Shown one piece after another: positions 36,890 through 49,500 of a DNA stretch of 64,000 bases. Source of the DNA: Adineta vaga (lineage: Eukaryota > Animalia > Rotifera). The translations under genes and the position numbers were made by a program. Under the pieces are notes generated by a model. The model was not told the origin of the DNA, did not search any database, and was given only the letters and a program-made list of their open reading frames with translations. The stretch lies in NCBI GenBank assembly GCA_021613535.1, contig CP075492.1, forward strand, positions 20,274,001 to 20,338,000, written 5' to 3'. Position 1 is the first letter of the stretch. Each line of letters starts with the position of its first letter.

Positions 36890-37662
36890 TTAATCGTTTT
36901 TTAATTTGTTTAATGGAATATATACTTCAGCACTATTCATAGCAGTAAATCCTCCAGCAATTAGAACATTTCCATTTTGTAAAACAGTTGATGAGTGTAA
37001 TTCTCTTTGATCATTCATATTATCCTCGATTGTCCAAGTGCCCGTTTGAGGATCATACAATTCACCAGAATTTAACGCACCTGAACAGACATCTCCACCA
37101 GCAACTAAAACTTTTCCATTTGATAACACAGATGCTGTATGATATTGTTTACCATCAGTGAGAGTTCCAGTAATTGACCAAGTTTCTGTTAATGGATCAT
37201 ATAATTCAGAACTTGTAGAACATCCTCCACTAGTGACTAATACTTTTCCATCATGTAAAACAGATGTTCTATGTGACATTCACGCAATATTCATACTACG
37301 AGTCAACGTCCAGATTCCACTTGTTGGATCATACAATTCAGCACTACTGAAAAAACCTTCTACACCAGTAATTAAAACTTTTCCATTTGGTAATACAATT
37401 GCTACAGCAAACATTCGTCCATCTTTCATATTATCAACACTTGTCCAAGTTCCATTTGATGAATCATAAATTTCGGTAGTGTTATCCGTTCCACTCATTG
37501 ATAATACTTGTCCATTTTTTAGTACGACAGCTGTATGTCGATATCGTGCATTATTCATACTACCAGTTACTGTCCAATTTCCTGATAATGGATCGTATAA
37601 CTCACAATTTGTTATAGCCGTAGCTCGACCATTGTCACCACCAGTCACTAATACTTTTCTAT
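36890..37662 (-). pseudogene. Kelch/galactose-oxidase-type repeat gene, disrupted
   Basis: GKVLVTGG / ELYDP..G.W repeats; in-frame stop at 37280; 5' end cut by the mariner. Confidence 0.8.
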
Positions 37663-37664
37663 TA

Positions 37665-38973
37665 TTGGGTTGGTGCATAATTAACGACCGTTTTTTTTTC
37701 TCCTAAGTTTATTCAATAAAAGAACAAAGTACACTCAATACATGTTCAAATGGTCATTCTGGAGCATAATCGCCACCTACTTCAATAACTGCTTCCCATT
37801 TGCTTGGTAAAAGATCGATTCCATGTGCAAAAAAGTGACGATCTTTGGATGCTATCCACGCTTTGACATCATCGACAAGATCGTCCAGATCATCGTAGAC
37901 TTTGTCTGCCTGCCAATTTTTAAGTGAACGATTGACGTGATAATCTGTAGGAGCTTCGGTGGGAGAATAGGGTGGGTGTTCAAGAAGTTCCCATCCTTTG
38001 TCGTCGATTGATTGGGTTACTTGATGTGCGACGTGGGGCTTGGCGTTGTCATGGTGAAACACGATGTGATTCTTCTTGCGAGGTCGTTTCACTTTAATAG
38101 CGGCTTCCAAACGATCGAGTTGAGTTGAATAGACGTCGCTGTTAATGTTGTGCTGCTTTTTTCCGTTTCTGTCAGGAATAGGCCATTCATGCTTCACATC
38201 CTTGTCGTCCCACCAGTAACAAAAACTTTGTTGGCGAACTTGAGTAATGATTTCCCAGTGAATAATTCCTGAGCGGTCCCATCATACACACCACATGGCC
38301 TTCTTGCAGTGAAAGTTTCGTGAAATACCTTTCGGGGATTGGCCACGGTTAACACACATCTTCTTTCGCTTGACGTTTTTGAAGAGTAACCATGACTCAT
38401 CTCCGGTGACGAAGAACTGAAGAAATGGATTTTGGTCGTTTCGCTGAAGCAATTGGTTGAAGATGCGCACTCGCTCGGTCTTGTTATGATCGGAGAGTTC
38501 ATGAGGGACCCGCCCAGCCAGTTTCCATACTTTTCCTAAGTCTCTAAGCCGTCTAACAATGGTCGAATGGTCGACATTGAATTGCTCGGCCAACATTCGT
38601 GTAGTCAAACTTTCACCCTCTTCCACCGCTTGCAGAAGAGCTTGATCATCAAAATTAGACAAACGACCTCTTCCTTCTTCATCTTCTAAGCTTGTGTTGC
38701 CGGATTTAAAACGTTCAAACCATCTTCGAACCTGTCGTTCACCGATTGTTCCTTGGTCGAAGAGTTCGTTGAGATCACGCCATGCCTCGGCGGCAGTGTG
38801 ACCTTTCTCGAAGTGGTAGAGCATAATATGACGTATATGAACGTGGTTATCAACACGCATTCTTACTAACAAATGTCGGCGATACTATCTGAAAAAATTT
38901 TTAGACGAAATGTCAAATTAAAAAGGTTCAAAAGACGGTAATAAAAACGGTCGTTAATTATGCACCAACCCAA
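37665..38973 (-). mobile_element. mariner transposon (DD34D), one nonsense codon
   Basis: TA TSD, ~31-bp TIR ttgggttggtgcataattaacgaccgttttt; TGDESW, HHDNAKPH, HPPYSPTEAPTDY; TGA at 38282. Confidence 0.95.
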
Positions 38974-41345
38974 TACAAAAATAATTCCTAAGACGATCAA
39001 ATTAATCTAAAGAGTGGCGTCTTCACTTTTGTAGAATAGACGATGTGGTTTGATAAAGTGAAGTTATCGTTGATTCTTGATCTTTTGAAGAATTCTTTAA
39101 ATCATGCTGATTCAAATTAGTTCAGAATAATGAACAATGAAACGATACGTTAGAACAGAAAGACTATCTCCTTTCTACGTAACGAAGAGACGACTATTCA
39201 TATAGTACAAGTTGACACTTTGTTTATTTTAAGTACGATTAGATCGATAAAGTCGCATTGTTCTGACTTTATCTTTTTCCATTTGCCTTCTAAGTTATTC
39301 AATGAGAAAAATGTGTGATTAATTAAATACTTATTCCGAAATTGTAATCGAATTTGATGCTGCTTGAATACCTTCACTGTTGTAATACTTACATTGACTA
39401 TTACTCATACCATGTTCTCTTCTTTTTATGAGCCATCATCAAATTGACAAATTAGAGAGATTTTCTGATCGACGTAGTGTTTTTTTCATAAGTTTATTTG
39501 TTTAACTTATTCTCGATCAATGTCGAGCAAATATCGTTTCATCAATCTTTTTTAAAGTCCCCGAAAAGGGTCAGGTTCCACAAAGGATTGATTATAAATA
39601 CCTTTGGTTGTTGTTGTACAGTTTGACCGATCAATACGCAGGAATTTTATCGACGATTTTCAAACTATATGATGGTCGATCAGGTAACAACTTGACAGCA
39701 TTGATTGAAGAGAAGGTGAACTAAATAGCCAAAGTACCACAGACATTGTAGACAATTTTACCAAACAAGAACGCTGTTGATGTTACCAGGAGCTAGTGAA
39801 TAAGTCGAATGAATGAATGGAACAAGTTCGTGACTATTTATAGTCTGGTATGAAGAAGATTGTTATCTGTTTTCTCTTGTCTAGACTATAGTTTTCATCA
39901 AGTTCATTTGTCCATGACGATAACCATTTCTATATCAAAATCGATGTGTTTCTGACATGTCAGTGCATGATCGGGTTTAGTCTGTCTTTGTGATCTTCTT
40001 AGACATGTGTCATTAGCTATCTACAGTGTATGTGTTTATATTGATATCTTCTGATCATTTGTATTCATTGCGGTTATCCATCTATCTTCTTCCTGTTCTC
40101 TTTCTCTCCTTATCTCACGAGGGACGTATACATTGAAGGAAAGAGAACGAATACAAGAGAACACAGTATCACAGTGCATAATATTTCACAATTGCCGATA
40201 TGTTTTTCGCTACAATGCTAAAAATCTTTGTCATTTCACGTCACGTATACTATTTTCATTTTTTCCATTGCATATCACATATTTAGTTAATTCATATTGG
40301 AATCATGTGAAACAGTGCCGTTTTCTTTGCAAATTGAACACAGTCATTTTTTCTGATAACGTACATTGGGAATACTCAGTCAATATAGATAGATGATCTG
40401 ATATAGACTGATTTAGAGTTATGCATTACAATAAATGCGCTAGTGACGTTCAGAAAAATTGAAAGGGTTTCTTCTATCTGTTTTTTTTCTCCCTGAAAGA
40501 AAAACAGATAGAAAAAATCTTCAGCTCTGTTGTGAATAGTTTTCTCGATTAAAGAATGAATTTTCAGAAACATATGAATAGATTCCTTGAACTTTTCCAA
40601 AAAGGTGTTTATTGAAGGATTAAGTTCCTGTTTAATCATCATTAGCTAAAGAGGCTATATCTAATCTAACTGAATAAAAAAATGGATATGAAACATAGTC
40701 GACAACACTAGAAACAATGTAACAGAACGATAATAACATGCGAGACGGACGTCTATCGTGACCTAATGAACGGAACACAAAAAGATAAGTGGATGGCAGA
40801 ACAGAAAGAAAAAAGCATCTACCAGTGAAATGATGTGAGATCGAATGATTTTTTTTCCGCGCAGATAGGAATGCTCTTTTTATCGAAAAAACGTGAATTT
40901 ATTCTATTGCGAATTTCGCTAAAATAATCCTATATTTAGAGGAAATAGAAACTATTTCAAATACTAAATGAATTTCAATAAATAAACACAGAAATTGCTT
41001 TCTGTTATTCCGAAGCTTTGGTTACATAGAGATTTTCTCACCATGAAAAAGTATGTCACTGTCTCACTATTTGTTGTCCACAATCATTAACCAGTAGCCA
41101 TTAGTTTGTCACTAATCTTGACAGAAAATTCATAATTGATTAAGAATAAAACGTATCCAATAGAAAAAGCGTTCATGTTTCTCATTGGAGCACGAAGATG
41201 TCTTTTCATGAAGAAAATTTCGATTCTCAGTTAATTAGGAATCTTCTTTTTACAACACAAGCGTGATGATAACTCACTCATAGCAGAAAACAAACAGTAT
41301 AACGTTCATAGATAAAGATATTCTTTCTACCATATTGATTGTAAC

Positions 41346-41444
41346 TTTTGTTCCTATAGAAACAGCGTCCTGGCGTCCTACTGCTGATTATATATGATAC
41401 GGAACCGTTTAGAACGCCAGGACGCTGTTTCTATAGGAACAAAA
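41346..41444. repeat. Perfect 31-bp inverted repeat with 37-nt spacer
   Basis: ttttgttcctatagaaacagcgtcctggcgt / acgccaggacgctgtttctataggaacaaaa. Confidence 0.85.
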
Positions 41445-42466
41445 TTCCACATCCATAGTGATGAAAATTCCTTGAGAAGAGCGTCTTTCAAATGAATCTC
41501 ACTTACAAGTGACTCATCGGGACGCTAGGACGCTTTATGTTAGAACGATTTTTTCTTCCTAGTTAACTTTAATTTTTTTCTATGTAGATTCGGCGTCCTG
41601 GCTTTTATTTAGCCCCGTATAATATATGTTCAGTAGTCGAATGACAGGACGCAGGTTCTAAATACAAGAATATCATATTGAATTCATATTAAGGAATTGG
41701 TATAAGGTAGCTTCTTAGCATTGGATAAATGTCTAGGATACACGAAAACCATAACTATCATCGCCTTCCGTTTTTGATTAGTCGATTTTATGACTCTAAA
41801 AACCTGATTAGTTATGTGACGCGATGAGATGGTGAACCAAAACATATTTATATTATGTGATCTTTGACACTGACATATGCACACTAACTACATTTTTCTC
41901 ATATGGCCTCTCCTTTCGGTTGAGGGAAACATATGATGACGCTGACTATCTCAGCTACCAACGCTCTCTCAACGTGTTCTTCCAACTTCAACCTGCACTC
42001 TTCCGCATACACGTCTCAACCAAGATCTAACCTCGAAGTCCCTCCCAAGCCATGTCTTATGAAGTTCTGAGCATTTTCGGAAAAAATGTTTTTTTGACCT
42101 TTGACCCTGACACAAGATATTCAGCTATGTTTAGAAAGTGAAAAACAACGACGAGCTAACCTTAGTGTTTGTGAATGCGCTATAGAATCAACAACGGTTA
42201 TGATAGAAAGTCTTCAACGAATATCTAATTTAGATATATCAAAATGGACTGATACATCAAATGTAATTAATTTGTCCAAAACAAAGATGCTATCATACAC
42301 TGGTACAAACTAGTAAATGAGCTTACTGATCAAAGAGTAGAACTATTTTTTTAGTATTATTTTATTTATTTAATCATGAAATTTTAGTTTCTTCTACAAA
42401 AATCTAACTTCAATGTTCCATAATGCCTTTTTTTCAACAACTGTCACACGTTGTTTTTTATGATTA

Positions 42467-43551
42467 TTACTGCTGATGAGTTTTTAGGAACATATTAATG
42501 TACTCTTTATAATTTTTCTCTATTGTTTCACGTTTCATTCCAAATTCCTCCAATGTAAAGGTATTACGACCTTGTTTACCTTGAGGATTATCACGAAGCC
42601 AACTAAGCATAGCTTGTTCAACGTCCATTGACAATGTCATATTAAAATGTTTATAAATTCGACAAATATTATCAATCGGTTGCGTGAATAAATCCTCGTA
42701 GAGTATATCTAAAACAGGTACATGTGTATTGGTTTTTCGAAATTTCACAAGTCTTTCCGATTATTGCATTGGATTCGTCTTTATCAAAGTACACATTCAC
42801 ATAAGCCATAGCTAGACGAGCACATGAAGGAAATGCTTCATCCAATCGACGATGTGTCATCATGATCAATAAAGCATCCGGATAAAATTTTAACAAATTA
42901 TCTATGTAAAGTATATGAGCTGTCGTTTTAAAAAGTCAATGAGATTGAGGTTCACCAACACTATTTAACATTTGAAGAAATATTTTGTGATATTGATAGA
43001 TGAAATCTTTATTTGCATCATCTAGACACCATGTTGCAAAATCGTTTTCATGATAATCCGTAAGTAAATAATGGGCCCAGTTTAGACCAGCTTAAGAAAG
43101 AATAGAAAGATCTTCTTCATAAGAAAAATGAGGATGAGAAGCTCACATCTCTTGCTCATAATTAACAAAGCCTAATGAATTGAGCATTTCACTGTGTGCC
43201 TTGATAATTTCCTTATGTTGTTTATTTCTTGAAGTGTCAGAACGAGCTACAGGTGAAATTGGATTCATCATATCCATCAAAAGAGGTGCTCGACATGCCG
43301 GATTACAAGAAAGTGAGTTATACAGAAGTGTTGTGCCAGTACGAGGTAAACCACGTACTACCAATGGTGATTTTATTGTTTGTTTTGTTACTTCTAATTA
43401 TCGTTTAGAAACTATATAATTAAGAACATTTTTGCAAATTGAATAATTCCTTTCAAGTGTTAAACAGTAAAGATGCCGTCCAATTGATGATAATTGATTG
43501 TTGACAAGAATAGAACGAGCATTGACTTGATATGCATGTAAGATATCCATA
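42467..43551 (-). pseudogene. Sulfotransferase (Sulfotransfer_3-like) pseudogene
   Basis: GLPRTGTTLLYN, YPDALLIMMTHR, YEDL...P, NPQGKQGR; frameshifts and stops. Confidence 0.8.
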
Positions 43552-43553
43552 TA

Positions 43554-44856
43554 CAGGGTGTCCCAGAAATAACCTACTAAAAAAAATTATTTTTCTCCGC
43601 CAATTCTCAATCAAATTGGACATTCTTTTTTTTATCTGAAAGGGCATTCTTCAAAGTTTTATTTAAAGAAAAAAGTTTCATAAGTACTGCTCGAACGTGT
43701 TACCATTCACATCAATACAAAATTTTAATCTTTTCAGAAGAGAATCAAAAACATTTTGTAATGTTTCTTTTTTTATAGACTTGATTTCTTTTTCAATTCT
43801 GTTCATTAATTCATTGATATCTTTGATCTTGCTTGTGTACACTTTTGTCTTGATGTAACCCCACAAAAAAAAAGTCCAGAGGTGTGAGATCTGGAGATCG
43901 AGGAGCCCAAGATATTGGACCACCTCTTCCAATCCATCTTTCATCAAAATTTTCATCTAACCATGCACGAACTTGTTTTGAAAAATGTGGTGGCGCACCA
44001 TCTTGTTGGAAAATAACTTTTTGTTCAGCCTTTTCGTCTTTAAAATTGGATTAAAGTAATCTTTTAATAACTCCAGATAATTCTGCTGGTTGACTGTTTC
44101 ATCATTAAAAAAGTAAGGACCGATTATTTGTGTTTTTGACATTGCACACCACACATTGATCTTAGCCGAATTCATAGCAACATCGACAGTAATATGTGGA
44201 TTACTTGTTGACCAAATGCGGCAATTATGCTTGTTCACAATCCCGGAAAGATAGAAACATGATTCATCCGAAAAGAAAACATTACCATCATTTGCTTGAT
44301 CTTCAAGAATGGGTATTAAATATTCGGACATTTCAACACGCAGATCCATATCTTCATCATACAATTGCTGAGTACAATGCATCATATATGGCTTAAATCC
44401 GATAATATCACGCATTATTCGATGTGCCTGGCTCTTCGAAATGTTCGTGTCTCGAGCAACACTTCTTACAGTGTTGATCGGTTCCGTGCTCAAAACCTCT
44501 TCAACTTCGTCAATCTTATCTTCAGTTATTGCTGTTGGACTTCCCGGAGGACTGATATCTTGAACTGAACCAGTCTCGAGAAACTTTTGATAGATTGCTG
44601 TAATTGCATGCCTTTCTGGAATTTCAGTTGCTTCTTGTCGCCGTAATTCGCGGATAACCGTTATAGGAGACTCGAATTTTGCCATTAAGATGACGACCTG
44701 GATTTTAGTCTCCAAAGAGTATCGCATGATAGAGATCTGAAATAAAACAAAACTTTGAAGAATGCCCTTTCAGATAAAAAAAAGAATGTCCAATTTGATT
44801 GAGAATTGGCGGAGAAAAATAATTTTTTTTTGGTAGGTTATTTCTGGGACACCCTG
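43554..44856 (-). mobile_element. rosa-type Tc1/mariner transposon (DD41D), frameshifted
   Basis: TA TSD, ~105-bp TIR cagggtgtcccagaaataacc; FSDES, QQDGAPPH, 41 residues to the D of RSPDLTPLD. Confidence 0.92.
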
Positions 44857-44948
44857 TAGTTGATTATAACTAGATTTCTAACAGTATAGTTTGATCTCGA
44901 CTTGATTTGAAGTTTTTATACTTTTTGAATCGAACTAGAGATATCTAA

Positions 44949-44993
44949 GCCAACTGATGAGACTCTTAGCCGGGTCGAAACACGTGTCTTGGT
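44949..44993 (+). ncRNA. Type I hammerhead ribozyme, intact core (solo Terminon 3' end)
   Basis: gccaa CTGATGA gactc-ttagcc-gggtc GAAA cacgtg TC ttggt. Confidence 0.9.
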
Positions 44994-45000
44994 AGCTGAT

Positions 45001-45107
45001 CTCACCCCACACCCTCACCCCACACCCTCACCCCACACCCTCACCCCTCACCCCACACCCTCACCCCACACCCTCACACCCTCACCCTCACCCTCACCCT
45101 CACCCAC
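45001..45107 (-). repeat. Interstitial telomeric tract (C-rich on plus strand)
   Basis: (CCCTCA/CCCCACA)n directly after the hammerhead. Confidence 0.95.
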
Positions 45108-45457
45108 CTGTGTCGGGCATGATGTTAAAATTCGAAACTAATCAACAATAATAAGAAAAATATCCCTATATATAATATTTTGAGCCGTTCATGACTTCAA
45201 ATATTTCCAAACAAACCAATTTTAATATGTATGGTAGTAAGTTTTTATCAGGTGTGAATTGCCAAGATATATCGAAATGTTCCAGACCGTACCTGATAGT
45301 TCACAATTCACTGATACTTCCAAGCAGTATATTTAGATAAAATCTTGATCGTGAAGAATTAGTTTTGATCGTATGTGTCATCGTATTGATAAATAATGTG
45401 TTTGTTGATCAATTCAATTCATTCAAAACAGATTTTAAGAATAAATGAGAAAAGAAA

Positions 45458-46002
45458 TCAAGAATACAATATGTGAAAAAGAAACAAAATGATTAAAATG
45501 AAGTTAGTGGAATACAAAAAAAGAAGAAAAAAAATGAAACAAATTACATGTCTTGTGATAAAATATCTCATCATAGATAAGTTCACATTTAGGATGTAAA
45601 CGATTTTTTGATAAAGTTGTGCTGCAGCTTCACTACCTACTTTTCTCAGAACTTCTTTAGTAACAAAATGAGTAAGCAATTCAGCACCTTCCGTCGAATA
45701 GATATCTAATTGTTTATAATGTCCTGATGTCTCTCGGGCAATTTCTTCAAAATTCTCTTTTGCTCCGTCATGCATATAAAATGTATGAATAGGAATATTT
45801 TTATTTTTTAACTTTTTCAATTCGACTTTGTAATGTGTGGGAGTTTTATAGACATTCTTACTCCAATATTCTTCTCCACCATCGCTTTTTCACTCTTAGC
45901 TGTTGCACCTCCGATTAAAATAACTTTGGAAATCCCTTCAGGTTGTTCACTTTGTTGAAAAGCATGCCATAATCGTATCACTATACAGTAATTGTTATGC
46001 AT
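45458..46002 (-). pseudogene. vWA-like domain gene fragment
   Basis: VILIGGA, IPIHTFY...NFEEIARETSG; frameshifted. Confidence 0.45.
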
Positions 46003-46573
46003 TGAGTTAGATAAGAATAATCGAAAAGTTTGTTCTTAAAAATGGTTCAAGTATTTAAAGATAATTATGTCAAAAAATTTTTATATTAATAAATATATAA
46101 TTTGAATAAAGTTTTGTTCAAATATGTTTCGTAAAAATAATAGAATTAAAAATAAAATTATTTTAATTGTCGAAAAAATATCTTAAAATTTTCTGGTGCA
46201 AAATCAAAAACAAACTATCTAGTTCGTTTGATAATTCTAGTCAATTTTCAAAAGTTCATTGAAAGATAAACTGTAAATAATTTTCATAGAGTTCAAATAG
46301 TTCACATGATATTGCACAACAATAAAAAAAAGACATTAAACTAACAAATTTTGACATCAGAAAACCGACAAGGACAGTATAGTCGTGTATTATCATGTTT
46401 ATATGTAAAAAATTGTGGTGTAAGGACAAGATCGTAAAAGGGCCTTTTTGCATTAGAAATAATATTCCTTATCTTTTGTGATAAATGTGACAATGATAAG
46501 TATCTATTTAAAAGGTAGTTTTATATAACAAGAACTCATTCTTTTTTCATCTTAGCCTGCTTTGAAGGATAAT

Positions 46574-49500
46574 ATGTATAGAAACCCAAGTTTCAATGGA
46601 GATGTTACTGAAAATAATCGATTACAAAAATGGTGGCGTCATCGATGGTTTAAAATCGGTCTCATCTCTTTTATCATTTTAACAATTATTGTAGTTACTC
46701 TCTCCTTGGTATTAAAACTTATCGTTTTCGCACCACAGAAGCCTAAAACGACTACTACTACCACGACAACATCATCAACTTCAACATCCATAACAGCAAT
46801 ATCAATTTCAACAACAACAACAACGATAACATCAACATCGTTTTCAACAGCATCAAGCCCACAAACCACCACCACCACCACCACCACCACAACAACAACA
46901 ACAACAACAACAACAATAACATCAACATCAACATCAATTTCAACAACAACTACGACCAGACCTCAACAATCAGGTAAGTTTTAAAGTAAGGCTGATTAAT
47001 CTTCCAAAATCCATGTTTTAAATCAGATATTTGTACTTTTGCATCTAATCCTATGCGGGTGAGGGTGAGACACACCCTCAAGATGCATCATTCAGATTGA
47101 TGAAATGAGTTTTTGGAAAATCCTTAATACACTTCCAGTCTAACCAATATCAAATTTATCAACAACCTTCCTATTTAGAGAGTAATAAAGACTGAAATAC
47201 AATATCTTTTCATATGATCTCAAAGTCACTGTGTGCTTTAAAAAGATGCATGGAAGGAAAGATATCACCCTATCAAAAAGTTTCTGACGCCAGTCAATTT
47301 ATCCGACATTGAAACGCAGCCATAGTAGCATTGCAAAGGAGAGAAGGAGAGAGAGCAAATGCCAAAACCATCGAGAGAGTCGTATCGTTATTAGTTCATC
47401 TGACTTCAAACTATTGGATCAATTGAATTAGAGGATGATAGATTGATCTCATCTAATCGTGAGAGTAATTTCTTTTTCATTGGTCTCAGTTCCTGTTGCA
47501 ATAGTTTTAGTGTTTTGAATACCGGCTCGGTAATCCTTCTTCTCTTCGATATTTTCGTTTTCGAAAAAATGAAGTTAAACAAGAAAATTTTGCTCACATA
47601 AAATGTTCAAGCTCAGTCTTTGATTTTGTTCAAAATGATTTTTATTCTCGTAGTCCGACTCCAATTCCATCAGCATATTTTTCTCTTGAACGCGGTTCTG
47701 GTCCTATACATCTTTCATACAAGATGACTCAAAAGTCATGCAATCGAGAAGCAATAAAAAATTTCTGCAACGGGTCTAGAAAGCTCGCTGATGTCTTTAT
47801 CATTAGTAAAGGCATATTCGCACTCCGCGTCTATAAAGACAAGATTACAAAGAACTTCATTTAAGTAACACTGTTGACTGTATGCGGGTAAGATAACAAA
47901 TATAGAAATATCAGTCTGTTTTTATGCTCGTTTCAGATAAAAATTTGATTTTTATAGTCAACTGTAATACATTGTGTTTTTAAAAACCTTCAAATCAGCA
48001 TGTCTCAGAACAAAAGTTTATCTATACTTATATGCTTCTAGTGAAAGGCATAGCAAATTTCCATCGTTTTAAAGTTACTTGAATAAAATGTAAGGACACG
48101 TACTAAATATAACCCTCACCCTCTAAAACTACTGGTACCAACATGCATTACTAATGACTCCTTCCTCCACATTTCTTCCACGTTGAATATATTTAAATGC
48201 TTCTATCTAGGATGGTCTTTTACTGGTAACATGAATAATGCACGAAATCGACACACAGCATCTATATTAAGAAATGGAAAAGTGTTAGTTGCTGGTGGGG
48301 CTGGTGTACATACTCTTCTAGATAGTTCTGAGTTGTATGATGCATCTACAGGGATTTGGACAACAACTGGTAGCATGAATCATATACGATCTGATCATAC
48401 AGCATCTATATTAACAGATGGTAAAGTATTCATTACTGGCGGGCGTGATACTAATGGTGCTCTAAATAGTGCCGAATTGTATGATCCATCAACAGAAATC
48501 TGGACAACTACGAGTAGCATGAATTATGCACGACGAGAGCATAAAGCATCAGTATTAACAAATGGAAAAGTGTTAGTCACTGGTGGACGTAATGCGACGC
48601 ATAATTTGAATAGCACTGAAATCTATGATCCATCCACAGATACTTGGACTGTCACTGATAGTATGCATAATCCACGTTCATGGCATACAGCATCAGTATT
48701 AGCAAATGGTAAAGTATTAGTTACTGGTGGATCTAGTGATGATGGTTATCTGAACAGTGCAGAACTATATGATTCATCAACAGAAACGTGGACAACTACT
48801 GATATCATGAATAATGCACGATTTTTTCATACTGCATCCGTATTAAGAAATGGCAATGTGTTAGTTGCTGGAGGAACTATCCGGCATGATAACTCAAGTA
48901 ATACTGAATTATTTGATCCATCATCAGGAATTTGGACACCTACTGGTAGTATGCATAACGCACGAAATAGTCATACAGCATCTGTATTAGAAGATGGAAA
49001 AGTTTTAGTTACTGGTGGAACTAGTGTTGGAGATCTATATAGTGTTGAGTTGTATGATCCCTCACGAGGAATTTGGACAAGTATTGGTGATATGAATCAT
49101 GCACGATATGATCATACAGTATCCCTGTTACCGAACGGAAAAGTATTAGTTACCGGTGGATCTTTGCATGGCCTGGGTTCTCTTGACAGTTGTGAGTTAT
49201 ATGATACATCAAGAGGAAGTTGGACAGCTATTGATAATATGAATAATGGAAGATTCGACCATACATCATCGGTACTAACCAATGGAAAAGTGTTAGTCAC
49301 CGGTGGATACTGGAATGGTGATGCTATAAATAGTACTGAGTTATATGATCCAATAAAAAGAATTTGGACCATTACTGGTAGTATGAATTATGTACGAGCT
49401 GATCATGCAGCATCTGTATTAGCAGATGGAAAAGTTCTAGTCACTGGTGGACGGCGATTTAACAGTGTTTCTGTTTTCAATAGCACTGAATTGTATGATC

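Noticed and set aside
38194-38502. Kelch-like KVFVTGG suggesting the mariner captured Kelch DNA
   Set aside because: Off-frame reading of transposase sequence (FCYWWD); only 7 residues
39000-42400. Short ORFs at 40133, 40376, 41684 and 42101
   Set aside because: No motifs or splice support; not callable
46639-46949. Poly-Val/Leu/Trp ORFs
   Set aside because: Antisense of the Thr-rich stalk
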